Source of the DNA: an uncultured virus (IMG/VR IMGVR_UViG_3300033066_000598)
Lineage: Duplodnaviria; Heunggongvirae; Uroviricota; Caudoviricetes
Length of the DNA stretch: 64,000 nucleotides
IMG/VR virus record: IMGVR_UViG_3300033066_000598
Reading direction: 5' to 3' (one strand)
Shown here: positions 36,954-45,700 of the stretch, piece by piece
Layout: the number at the start of each line of letters is the position of its first letter
Numbering within the stretch: the first letter of the stretch is position 1
Program-made: the position numbers and the translations under genes
The notes under the pieces: model-generated
Database searches by the model: none
The model's input: only the letters and a program-made list of their open reading frames with translations
What the model was told of the DNA's origin: nothing

Positions 36954-37120
36954 GCGAAGCGGCCTTTCGGTGCGGTGGGGATGAGCGCGAACACGCGCTC
37001 CAATTCGTTGCGGTTGGCCTCGATCTCCTCGCCGCGATCAATGTCGCGGGCGAAGGACATGGCGAGCGCCTTCAGCACAGATAGCGGGGTGGTGCGGTCA
37101 ATCTTGATCGTGGCTGTCAT
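36950..37120 (-). CDS. small hypothetical protein
   Basis: AAGGGAAGCCC leader; first gene after the promoter. Confidence 0.6.
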   Translation of the reverse strand: MTATIKIDRTTPLSVLKALAMSFARDIDRGEEIEANRNELERVFALIPTAPKGRFA

Positions 37121-37139
37121 CGGGCTTCCCTTCCGTTTG

Positions 37140-37177
37140 ACTAAACCCACAGTATAGTAACCCGCCGGACGATGCAA
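37140..37177 (-). promoter_or_regulatory. sigma70-like promoter overlapped by palindromic operator
   Basis: Minus strand TTGCAT-N17-TACTGT; operator CTAAAC-CCACA-GTATAG at 37141-37157; near copy of the 18631 element. Confidence 0.75.
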
Positions 37178-37208
37178 GAGGGAAATGCAGCAAATGCTGC
37201 AAAAAGTT

Positions 37209-37430
37209 CTAACCCCATGGATTGCGGCGGAAAACCTCGAAGAATTCCGCGCCGGCTTCCACGCAATCGAGGGCGCCGCGCAGCGTGTTAGCGGCGCCAC
37301 TGACGTTGCGAAACTGCCAAAGGTACCGACCGCTCGGCAGCGCGATCGTGCGCACCAGCGCGTTCCTAGAGCCCTGCAGCACCAGATAGGATTTGTTGTT
37401 CGGGTGAGCTCGCCATACGTGGTCGACCAT
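37209..37430 (-). CDS. hypothetical protein
   Basis: MVDHVW start immediately after the upstream stop. Confidence 0.5.
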   Translation of the reverse strand: MVDHVWRAHPNNKSYLVLQGSRNALVRTIALPSGRYLWQFRNVSGAANTLRGALDCVEAGAEFFEVFRRNPWG

Positions 37431-37431
37431 G

Positions 37432-37623
37432 TCAGTCGACCCCGTGCAGGAGGAACGTCGCCGGCGCCGTCGTGATGGCGAGCCTGGCTTGCTCGAGCAC
37501 AGCCTGGTTGATGGCGATGCCGGCAGCCTGGTCGGACTCGAGTCGCTCGACGAGCGCTTCAAGGTAATCGCGGCTGCACTCCGAAAGGTCGGGCTGCTTC
37601 GTGAAACGGTGGTGGCTAATCAT
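37432..37623 (-). CDS. hypothetical protein
   Basis: GAGG RBS; ATGA overlap. Confidence 0.5.
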   Translation of the reverse strand: MISHHRFTKQPDLSECSRDYLEALVERLESDQAAGIAINQAVLEQARLAITTAPATFLLHGVD

Positions 37624-38330
37624 GCTGCCTCTCTACAATCTGGTGTCCATTGCTCCGCCATCGCGGTTGCGACGCCGGGGAAGAATTCGCTGCGCACCTT
37701 CCAGCGATCGGCACTGCGCGCTGCGCGGTGCACCTTCGACCATTCCTTGTGAAGCTTCGTGCCCGGCTTTGGCGGCACGAGAATGTTCGACGGCAGCAGC
37801 TTCTTCAGGCCGCGGATGTGCAGGCCTGTCGCCTTGAATTGCGGCTCGCCATGGTGCCACGGCTGAATGAATTGCGGGGCTTCGTAGTTCGCAATCAGCT
37901 TGCGGGCGTGCTCGTGCATGATCGGGTTTTCAGCGCACACGCGCGGCACCGGAGCATTCCAGCATTTCGAGAACAGGTCGGCACCGACTTCCAGCTCGTG
38001 CCACATGAAGTCGAGGCGCTGCTTGCGGGACCATCCGCGGTAGGCAATGCGGATGTGCTCCGGGTACTGGCTGCCGAGCTGGCCGGGCGGTTCATGCAGC
38101 CAGCGCACGCCGCTGTTGCAAAGTCGGGTGCAAGGCGGGTGAAACACGGCGAGGAAGTCCCAACCTTCGTCGAGATAGTCGCGCACGTCGCCGATGATAT
38201 GGCGGTTGCTTCCGTCGAGCGAGGGCAGGAGATCCACAGACCAAACGTCGTGACCGCGCGCCGCAAGCGCACGGCGCACGATGCCGGAGTATTCGCAGCC
38301 GACGAGGATTTTCCAGGGTTTCACAATCAC
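37620..38330 (-). CDS. short C5-cytosine methyltransferase-like protein
   Basis: ILVGCEYSG.V (motif I), FHPPCT (catalytic PC), ENP, IQP...G....KAT.L. Confidence 0.8.
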   Translation of the reverse strand: MIVKPWKILVGCEYSGIVRRALAARGHDVWSVDLLPSLDGSNRHIIGDVRDYLDEGWDFLAVFHPPCTRLCNSGVRWLHEPPGQLGSQYPEHIRIAYRGWSRKQRLDFMWHELEVGADLFSKCWNAPVPRVCAENPIMHEHARKLIANYEAPQFIQPWHHGEPQFKATGLHIRGLKKLLPSNILVPPKPGTKLHKEWSKVHRAARSADRWKVRSEFFPGVATAMAEQWTPDCREAA

Positions 38331-38581
38331 AGCTGCACTCCTGCGCGCTTCAGGGTCTCGCGGACCTTGATGGCCTTGACGATCGGGTGATTGGGGTCTT
38401 TCAAATCCCATCCGCCGGTGTACTGCAGCAGTTCTTCCAAGGCGTGCACCACGCCGCTGTCGGCAATGACGAGCGCTTCAATCAGCGTATCGACGCGCTT
38501 GTTGGTAAGGTCGATCGCCGCGCGGCCGTCGCGGCGGGGGATGTTGCCGAGCACGGTGGCGAGCTGTTTGTAGTTGCTCAC
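38327..38581 (-). CDS. hypothetical protein
   Basis: AAGGA RBS; GTGA overlap. Confidence 0.6.
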   Translation of the reverse strand: MSNYKQLATVLGNIPRRDGRAAIDLTNKRVDTLIEALVIADSGVVHALEELLQYTGGWDLKDPNHPIVKAIKVRETLKRAGVQL

Positions 38582-38592
38582 TGCGATTCCTT

Positions 38593-38673
38593 TCAGAGTA
38601 CGATGACAGCCGCTAGAGCGACGAGGCCAAGCAGGCCGCCGACTAGGATCATGAGGTTGTCGATTGTGTCCAT
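38593..38673 (-). CDS. single-TM peptide
   Basis: GGAGG RBS; MDTIDNLMILVGGLLGLVALAAVIVL. Confidence 0.55.
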   Translation of the reverse strand: MDTIDNLMILVGGLLGLVALAAVIVL

Positions 38674-38725
38674 GGACCCCTCCGGGGTTTCGAAGCGTTG
38701 AACCGTCCGGCTCAACTGCAAATCA

Positions 38726-38754
38726 CTATACCCACAGTTTAGTAGAAAACGCAA
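38726..38754 (-). promoter_or_regulatory. leftward promoter with palindromic operator in the spacer
   Basis: CTATAC-CCACA-GTTTAG at 38726-38742; minus strand TTGCGT-N18-TATAGT. Confidence 0.7.
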
Positions 38755-38766
38755 GGGCCTTTTTTC

Positions 38767-39030
38767 ATGGCGCAGTGGCAGGTCACCCACGGCCGGGCCC
38801 GCGGCGGCTATCTATCCGTCGCCGGCGTCGAGCTCTACGTGCGGCAGGTGCTCGGCGAGGGCAACATGCCGACCGGCCAATGGCAGCTGTTCGTCGACGG
38901 CAAGCTTGAAGGGACTGCTACAGGTGAGGACGTGGCGCGCAGCGCCGCGGAGCTCGCCATCCGGGCGGTGGTCGAGGCAGACCCCACCGGCGTGGCAGCA
39001 GCCGCAGGGCAGGGCAGGCGCACCGCATAG
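38767..39030 (+). CDS. hypothetical protein
   Basis: 87 aa ORF with weak RBS. Confidence 0.45.
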   Translation: MAQWQVTHGRARGGYLSVAGVELYVRQVLGEGNMPTGQWQLFVDGKLEGTATGEDVARSAAELAIRAVVEADPTGVAAAAGQGRRTA

Positions 39031-39208
39031 GCAGCGCTTTCTAGTCCACTCGTAGGGCATTGGGGTTTCATCCTTTTTTGGGCCAGTGGACGACTTTCGC
39101 GACCGACCGCAAAAAGTCGTCCACCGACACAAACCTACGGTGAGAAGGTAAACACCCCGTTAACGGGGCTAGGGGCGGGCTCCGGGGGCGGAGCCCCGGA
39201 GGACCACC

Positions 39209-39427
39209 ATGACGCAACCAACCGCCGAAGACCGCATGGGCAGGCTCGCCAAGGCCTGCGCAATCGCCTTCCTGACGGGCCTCGCCTTCCTGTTCCTCGC
39301 CGCATGCGTCGGCCTCTATGGCTTCCTGTCGAAGCCGGTCAAGCGCGTGCCGTTCGAGCAGCGCGGCTCCGCTGTCGAGCGCCATGCCATGCGGCCGGCC
39401 GCGCCGGTCGAGCGATTGAAATTGTGA
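39209..39427 (+). CDS. small membrane protein
   Basis: GGAGG RBS; one TM segment. Confidence 0.6.
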   Translation: MTQPTAEDRMGRLAKACAIAFLTGLAFLFLAACVGLYGFLSKPVKRVPFEQRGSAVERHAMRPAAPVERLKL

Positions 39428-39449
39428 AAAGTTCAGAGGCGAGGTTTCG

Positions 39450-39953
39450 ATGGGACGCGGGGGAGCTCGACCAGGTGCAGGCAAGAAGCCTGGGACCAGG
39501 GACCGCGCGACGATCGAGGCGGAGCTGACGGCGGCAAAGCAGCAGCTGGAACAAGCGCGCCAGCGCGACTCGAAGGGGCACAAGCTGGCTGTCGAAGTGC
39601 TGAACGACGTCATGCACGTTGCCTACGGCATGATGGCGAAGCACCAGCCGCTTGCGCCGAACGAAGTGCAGGTGGCCGGCCGGGATCCGAACGTCGGCGA
39701 GTTCAAGGAGTGGCTGAAGATCACGCGCGAGGCCGCGGGCGACCTGGCTCCGTACCAATCATCGAAGTTCAAGTCGGTGACGTTCCACCAGGAAGCGCCG
39801 ATCGGCAACACGGTGCCGGAGAACCCGACGGCCGAGCGCGTGTCGCCGGCGGAGGCATATCGCATGCTGCGGGATAGCTCGACGCTGATCGAGTTGACGC
39901 CGACGGCATCGGTGACGAAGCTGCCGGCGCCGAAGAAGCGAGCGAAGGGGTGA
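39450..39953 (+). CDS. probable terminase small subunit
   Basis: RGGARPGAG.KPG N-terminus and AA..LAPY...K motif; upstream of TerL. Confidence 0.7.
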   Translation: MGRGGARPGAGKKPGTRDRATIEAELTAAKQQLEQARQRDSKGHKLAVEVLNDVMHVAYGMMAKHQPLAPNEVQVAGRDPNVGEFKEWLKITREAAGDLAPYQSSKFKSVTFHQEAPIGNTVPENPTAERVSPAEAYRMLRDSSTLIELTPTASVTKLPAPKKRAKG

Positions 39954-40255
39954 GCGCGATGGGCGAGCGGTTGGAAGTCGCGGTGGCGAAGGTCGAGCTC
40001 GCAGGCCTGCGCCGGCCGGAGCACGGCGAAGTGCTGACGACGTCGCCGCCCGGCGTCTACTATCTCGTTGCGACCGACCGCGACGCAATTCAGGTTATGT
40101 GGGTGAACACGCCGGAGCATGGTCTCGGCAACATCTCGGCAGCGAAGCTGGCCGACATGCTCGGCTGGCGCGTTGCGCAGGTGCCGACCCCACTGCCGAT
40201 CAATCCGCCGAACGCGCCGGTGACGGTGCTGTCGGCAATCCTCGAACCAGCGTAG
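39950..40255 (+). CDS. hypothetical protein
   Basis: GTGA overlap. Confidence 0.55.
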   Translation: MSAMGERLEVAVAKVELAGLRRPEHGEVLTTSPPGVYYLVATDRDAIQVMWVNTPEHGLGNISAAKLADMLGWRVAQVPTPLPINPPNAPVTVLSAILEPA

Positions 40256-40266
40256 GAGCTGCTCGC

Positions 40267-40554
40267 ATGTCGTATTCGTTCACCTTCACCGCGAAGTCGG
40301 CCGCCGACGCGCTCGGACAGATCGGCGGCAAGTTCGACGAGCTGCAGCAGTCGCAGCCGAACCACAAGGACGACCGCGGCCCGGCATTGGCTGTCGTTGC
40401 GGTCTATCTCGCGCTGGTGCGCCGCCTGCAGGAGGGCGAGCATTTCCACATCAGCATGCACGGTTCGCTCGGCTGGTCGCATGGCGCCTTTGAGGGCGAA
40501 TGCGAATACACCGGCGCCGGCGTGGGAGTTTCGATCTCCATCCTCCGAGACTGA
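40267..40554 (+). CDS. hypothetical protein
   Basis: AGGAG RBS; MSYSF.F.A..., G(S)LGW motif. Confidence 0.65.
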   Translation: MSYSFTFTAKSAADALGQIGGKFDELQQSQPNHKDDRGPALAVVAVYLALVRRLQEGEHFHISMHGSLGWSHGAFEGECEYTGAGVGVSISILRD

Positions 40555-40559
40555 AGTCT

Positions 40560-40664
40560 ATGGCGCGCGTCGTTCGCCCGATATCCTGGCCCGTGCGGTT
40601 GACCGCCAGCGCCATCGTGCTGGCGATCGCGCTGGCCGTGAGCTGGCAGCTGATCCATGTCTAA
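40560..40664 (+). CDS. small TM peptide
   Basis: MARVVRPISWPVRLTASAIVLAIALAVSWQLIHV*, read by hand. Confidence 0.4.
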   Translation: MARVVRPISWPVRLTASAIVLAIALAVSWQLIHV

Positions 40665-40893
40665 GCACCTGACCGTCTATCGCGCCGAAATCGACGCGCT
40701 GACGGAGAAGCTGCTGTCTGTCGTCGGCAACGAGACGGACCTGGTGCACCCTGTCGATCGCGCCATCATCGTGGCTGTCGCACTCGGCAACGTCGCGTGC
40801 TGTCTCGATCATGTTCAAGATCCGACGCGCGGCATGCCGCCGACGGAGCATTGCTGCACTCGCCGGCTAAAGAACATCGTGAATTGCTGGTGA
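40657..40893 (+). CDS. hypothetical protein
   Basis: In operon; Cys-rich C-terminus. Confidence 0.5.
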   Translation: MSKHLTVYRAEIDALTEKLLSVVGNETDLVHPVDRAIIVAVALGNVACCLDHVQDPTRGMPPTEHCCTRRLKNIVNCW

Positions 40894-40896
40894 GCC

Positions 40897-41097
40897 ATGG
40901 CTGACATTCCGCATCTCACGCTCATCATGGAAGTGATCGACGGCGTGCCGCATGGTTGGGCCTGTCGCGGTGAAGGCCGCGGCTGCAAGCGCAACATCAC
41001 TCGACGCAAGGCAAAGCACTGCGAAGACTGCCTTGAAACGCGCAACGACGAGACGATTGGCGACGTGCTCGATCGACTGAAGCGCGGAGATGGCTAG
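40897..41097 (+). CDS. small Cys-containing protein
   Basis: C......C...HCEDC; overlaps the TerL start. Confidence 0.55.
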   Translation: MADIPHLTLIMEVIDGVPHGWACRGEGRGCKRNITRRKAKHCEDCLETRNDETIGDVLDRLKRGDG

Positions 41098-42748
41098 GTC
41101 GAGCGCACTGCCGGCCTTCGATTGGAAGGATCCGGAGCCGCACTACGCGCTGATCTGGCGCCAGCGCGCCGAGCGCCTGCACGCTATCCGCTCGATGCCC
41201 GAGGCAGAGCGCACCGCGTATCTGGAAGCGCTCGCCGGCTGGTACCGCGAGAACCCGTGGGACTTCATTCAGGATTGGGGCGTCACCGTCGACCCGCGCA
41301 ATCTGGAAGTCGGGCGCGAGGCAATGATGCCTTTCGTCATGTTCCCGAAGCAAATCGAGTTCTGCAAGTACATCTTCCGCAAGTGGCGCAATCGCGAGCC
41401 GGGCCTGGCTGAGAAGTCGCGCGACGGCGGGCTGTCGTGGCTGGCGGTGGCGATGGGCGCCACGCTCTGCATTTTCTATCCGGGCATGAACGTCGGCTAC
41501 GGCTCGGTGACGGAAGACTACGTCGACAAGATCGGCGAGCCGAAGTCGCTGTTCTGGAAAGCGCGCATCTTCATTGAGGAGCTGCCGCGCGAGTTCAAGG
41601 GCGGCTGGCACCGCGATCGCCACGCGCCGCACATGCGCATCCTGTTCCCGAATGGCTCGACCATGACGGGGCAGAGCGGCGACAACATCGGCCGCGGCGA
41701 CCGCAAGGGCATCTACTTCGTCGACGAGAGCTCGCATTTGCCGAAGCCGAAGCTGGTCGACTTCGCGCTGTCGCAAACGACCAACTGCCGCATCGACATC
41801 TCGACGCCGAACGGCACCACCGGTTCGTTCTACGATCGCCGCATGGCCGGCAAGATCGAGGTTTACACGCTGCACTGGCGCGATGACCCGCGCAAAGACG
41901 AGGCGTGGTACCAAAAGCAGGTGGACGATCTCGACGACCCCGTGGTTGTCGCGCAGGAAATCGACATCAACTACTCGGCGTCCGTCGAGGGCGTTATCAT
42001 TCCGGCCGAATGGGTGCGGGCTGCTGTCGACGCGCACAAGAAGCTTGGCATCGACCCGAGCGGCGATCGCCTTGCAGCGTTCGACGTCGCCGACGAAGGC
42101 AAGGACAAGAACGCATTCGCCATCGCGCGCGGTGTCGTGCTCGAGCACATCGAGGAGTGGAGCGGCGCCGGCGCCGATATCTTCGACAGTGTCGAGCGCG
42201 TGTTCGGCGTGTGCGATCGCTACGAGCTCGAAAAGTTCAAGTACGACGCCGATGGCTTGGGCGCCGGCGTGCGAGGCGACGCGCGCGTGCTGAACAATGC
42301 GCGCAAGGACGAAGGGCTGCCGCAGTTCGGCACCATCGCCTTCCGCGGCAGTGGAGCGGTGTACGACCCCGAGCGCGAAGACGTGAAGGGGCGCAAGAAC
42401 AAGGATTTCTTCCAGAACGGCAAGGCGCAGGCATGGTGGGCGCTGCGCCGTCGCTTCAAGAAGACGTTCGATTGGGTGACGAAGGGCAAGGCCTGCGACG
42501 CCGACGAGATTATCTCGATCCCGGCCACGCTGCCTTACTGTACGCGCCTTATCACTGAGCTGTCGCAGCCGACGTTCGAACAGAGCTCGATCGGCAAGCT
42601 GCTGGTCAACAAGAAGCCCGATGGCACGAAATCGCCGAACCTGGCCGACGCCGTCATGATGCTGTACGCCAAAGCGGAGCGCGGACCCATGAAGATTTCC
42701 GACGACGTGCTGCTTGCAGCGCGCCGGCTGAAGAAGCCGCGCCGATGA
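41090..42748 (+). CDS. terL: terminase large subunit
   Basis: EKSRDGGLSW Walker A variant, YFVDE, ISTPNG, AFDVADEGKD nuclease motif, SPNLADA. Confidence 0.93.
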   Translation: MARSSALPAFDWKDPEPHYALIWRQRAERLHAIRSMPEAERTAYLEALAGWYRENPWDFIQDWGVTVDPRNLEVGREAMMPFVMFPKQIEFCKYIFRKWRNREPGLAEKSRDGGLSWLAVAMGATLCIFYPGMNVGYGSVTEDYVDKIGEPKSLFWKARIFIEELPREFKGGWHRDRHAPHMRILFPNGSTMTGQSGDNIGRGDRKGIYFVDESSHLPKPKLVDFALSQTTNCRIDISTPNGTTGSFYDRRMAGKIEVYTLHWRDDPRKDEAWYQKQVDDLDDPVVVAQEIDINYSASVEGVIIPAEWVRAAVDAHKKLGIDPSGDRLAAFDVADEGKDKNAFAIARGVVLEHIEEWSGAGADIFDSVERVFGVCDRYELEKFKYDADGLGAGVRGDARVLNNARKDEGLPQFGTIAFRGSGAVYDPEREDVKGRKNKDFFQNGKAQAWWALRRRFKKTFDWVTKGKACDADEIISIPATLPYCTRLITELSQPTFEQSSIGKLLVNKKPDGTKSPNLADAVMMLYAKAERGPMKISDDVLLAARRLKKPRR

Positions 42749-45700
42749 CGGTCAACCGTTACGGTTCCCGGTCCCGCGACGACCGGCGCAGCGCGATCGC
42801 CGAGGGCGTCATGCGGCACTTCGTCGGCGGCAAGCGCGTGACCAGCATTCGGGAGGCCAAGGAAGCCGCTCGCGTGCCGGTGGCGCCGAAGGTGCCGGTG
42901 CCGGCGAAACCCGCACCAGCGGCCGCCGCAGCCGCTCCTGCAGCCGTTGCAGCGCCGGCCGACGGCAAGCGCGCGCTGAAGATCGACAACGCCATGCTGG
43001 CGGCTGCCCGGAACCTGAAGCCGGCGGGGAACCGCAAGCGCACGTCCGGAGCTGTCGACCTGCAGAGCTCGACCATGTTCACGCCTTGGGAACCGCCGAA
43101 GGGCGTGCTGCCCCCCGGCATGACCGCGGCGAAGGTGCTTGAAGCCGGCGGCGGCAACGCGAAGATGGCGATGGACTACGCCGAGGGCCTGGTGCCTGGT
43201 CAGGTGGGCGCCGTCGGAGCCTGGGCCGGCGACGCGCTGAACGTGTCGTTTGCCGAGGGCATCGGCTTCCTTGGCTATTCGTACCTCGCCGCACTCACGC
43301 AGCGCGCCGAGTATCGCCGTATCTCCGAGCGCCTCGCCTCCGAGATGACGCGCAAGTGGATCAAATTCCACACCGTCACCGTGGCCGACGAATTCGAGGC
43401 GCCCGGTCCCGAGAAAGAGCCCGGCACTCCCGCCGGCGCGATGGGTGTGCCTGCAGATCCGGCGGAAGCTGCCGAGACGACCGAAGTCGACCAAGCCGAG
43501 GCCGACAAGGCGCGCGTCGCCGATTCCGTGAAGCGCAAAAAGGCGCTCGACAAGAGCAAGCGCATCAAGGAGCTGGAAGACGAGATGCGCCGGCTGCGCG
43601 TCAAGGATTGCTTCTACACGATCGCCGAGGGCGACGGCTGGTTTGGCCGTTATCACCTGTACGTCGACATGGGTGTAGACAGCGCGACCCGTGAAGGCCG
43701 CGACGAGCTCGTGACGCCGATCGGCAACGGCCGCACAGCGACGTCGAAGGGCAAGGTCAACAAGCGCCGGCGCGTGAAAGCGTTCCGGCCGATCGAGCCG
43801 ATGTGGTGCTACCCGGCGCAGTACAACTCGCTCGATCCGCTGAAGCCGGATTGGTACAACCCGGAAATGTGGTACGTGAACGGCGTCACCGTTCACCGCT
43901 CGCGACTGCTGCGCTTCGTTGGTCGCGAAGTGCCCGACATTCTCAAGCCGGCTTACGCGTTCGGCGGCCTGTCAATGTCGCAGATGGCCAAGCCGTACGT
44001 CGACAACTGGCTGCGCACGCGTCAAGCGGTATGCGACCTGATCGAAAGCTTCAGCGTCAGCGGCGTCTACACGAACCTCTCCGGCGTGCTCGAAGAAGGC
44101 AACGCCGAGGCCATGAAGCGCATCGATATGTTCAATATCATGCGCTCCAACGCCGGCGCCTTCGTGCTCGACAAAGAGACCGAAGAATTCTTCAACGTCT
44201 CGACGCCGCTCGGCACGCTCGATGCGCTGCAGGCGCAGAGCCAAGAGCAGATGTCGAGCGTCTCCGGCATTCCGCTGATCGTGCTGCTCGGCATCACGCC
44301 GAAGGGGCTGAATGCGTCGAGCGAAGGCGAGCTGCGCGCGTTCTACGACACCATTCAGGCCGAGCAGGAGCGCTTCTTCCGCGACAACCTGCAGACGGTT
44401 ATCAACTTCATCATGCTGTCGCTGTGGGGCGAAATCGACGAGGAAATCACGTTCTCGTTTGAGCCGCTCTGGTCGATGACCGACAAGGAGCTCGCCGAGA
44501 CGCAGAAGGTCGAGGCCGAGACCGACGGCATGCTGATCGACAAGGGCATCATCACGCCGGCGGAAGCGCGCGTGCGTGTCGCCAACGACCCGCAGTCCGC
44601 GTACCAGGAAATCGACCCGGCCGACGTACCCGAACCGCCGCAGCAGGACATGGGCGACGAGGGCGGCGACGATCCGTTCGGCGGTGGCGGTGATGACGGC
44701 GGCGACGGTGGCGGCAGCTCCGGCTCCGAAGCTGACAAGCCGATCGCCAACGACGAGTGGAACGAAGCGGACCATCCGCGCGGCCAGCCCGGCAACGCCG
44801 GCCAGTTCGGGCCCGGTGGCGGCAGCAGCAAGAGCAAGCCGCAGGATGCGAAGCCGAAGAAGACCAGCGCGCAGACCGACGACCTGAAGAAGGTCGGCGG
44901 CAAGCTGGGCAGCAACGAGGGCGGCCAGTACGAGGATGCCGAGGGCAACAAGTACTACGTCAAGAAGCCCAAAACGAAAGACCATGTCGCCAACGAGAAG
45001 GCTGCCGCAAGATTGTATCAGCTGGCCGGTGTGCAGACGCTCGACTACGTCGACGTCGGGCCCGACCATGTCGCGACCAAATGGGACAAGCTCGACAAGA
45101 GCAACATTTCGAAGATGTCGACCGAAGAAAAGGCCGAAGCCGCGAAAGACTTCATGGTGCACGCGTGGCTGTCGAATTGGGATGCTGCCGGCACCGGCGG
45201 CGACAACCAGGGTGTGAAGAACGGCAAGCCCGTGACGCTCGATGTCGGCGGCTCGCTCCGGTACCGCGCGCAGGGCGGCGAGAAGGGCAAGGCGTTCGGC
45301 CACAAGGTCTCCGAGATCGAGACCATGCGCGACCCGAAAATGTCTCCCGACGCGGCTCGCCTGTACGGCAAGATGAGCGACGCGGACATGCGCGCCAGTG
45401 CCGAGCGCGTCACGTCAATTCCGGACAGCGCCATCCGCGAAGCTGCCGGCGACGAAAAGCTTGCTGACACGCTGATCGCGCGCAAGAAGGACATTGCGCA
45501 GCGCTACGACCTGAAGCTTGCGCAGGATGCCGTGCACGACGACGAAGCGCTCATGAAGGCCGCGCTCGACGCTGTCGGCGCCAACCTCGACGATGGAGAC
45601 GACGGCAGCGACGTCGACGACCAGGAGCGCATCGACAACGAAGAAGACCCGGGCGATACGCTCGATCTCGCGACCGACGGCACCGCTGACGGTGAGCACG

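Noticed and set aside
42745..44650. Calling the DUF1073 region an anti-CBASS Acb1 nuclease
   Set aside because: Position after TerL and the motifs indicate a portal; no paired HxT 2H-phosphoesterase motifs were recognised.
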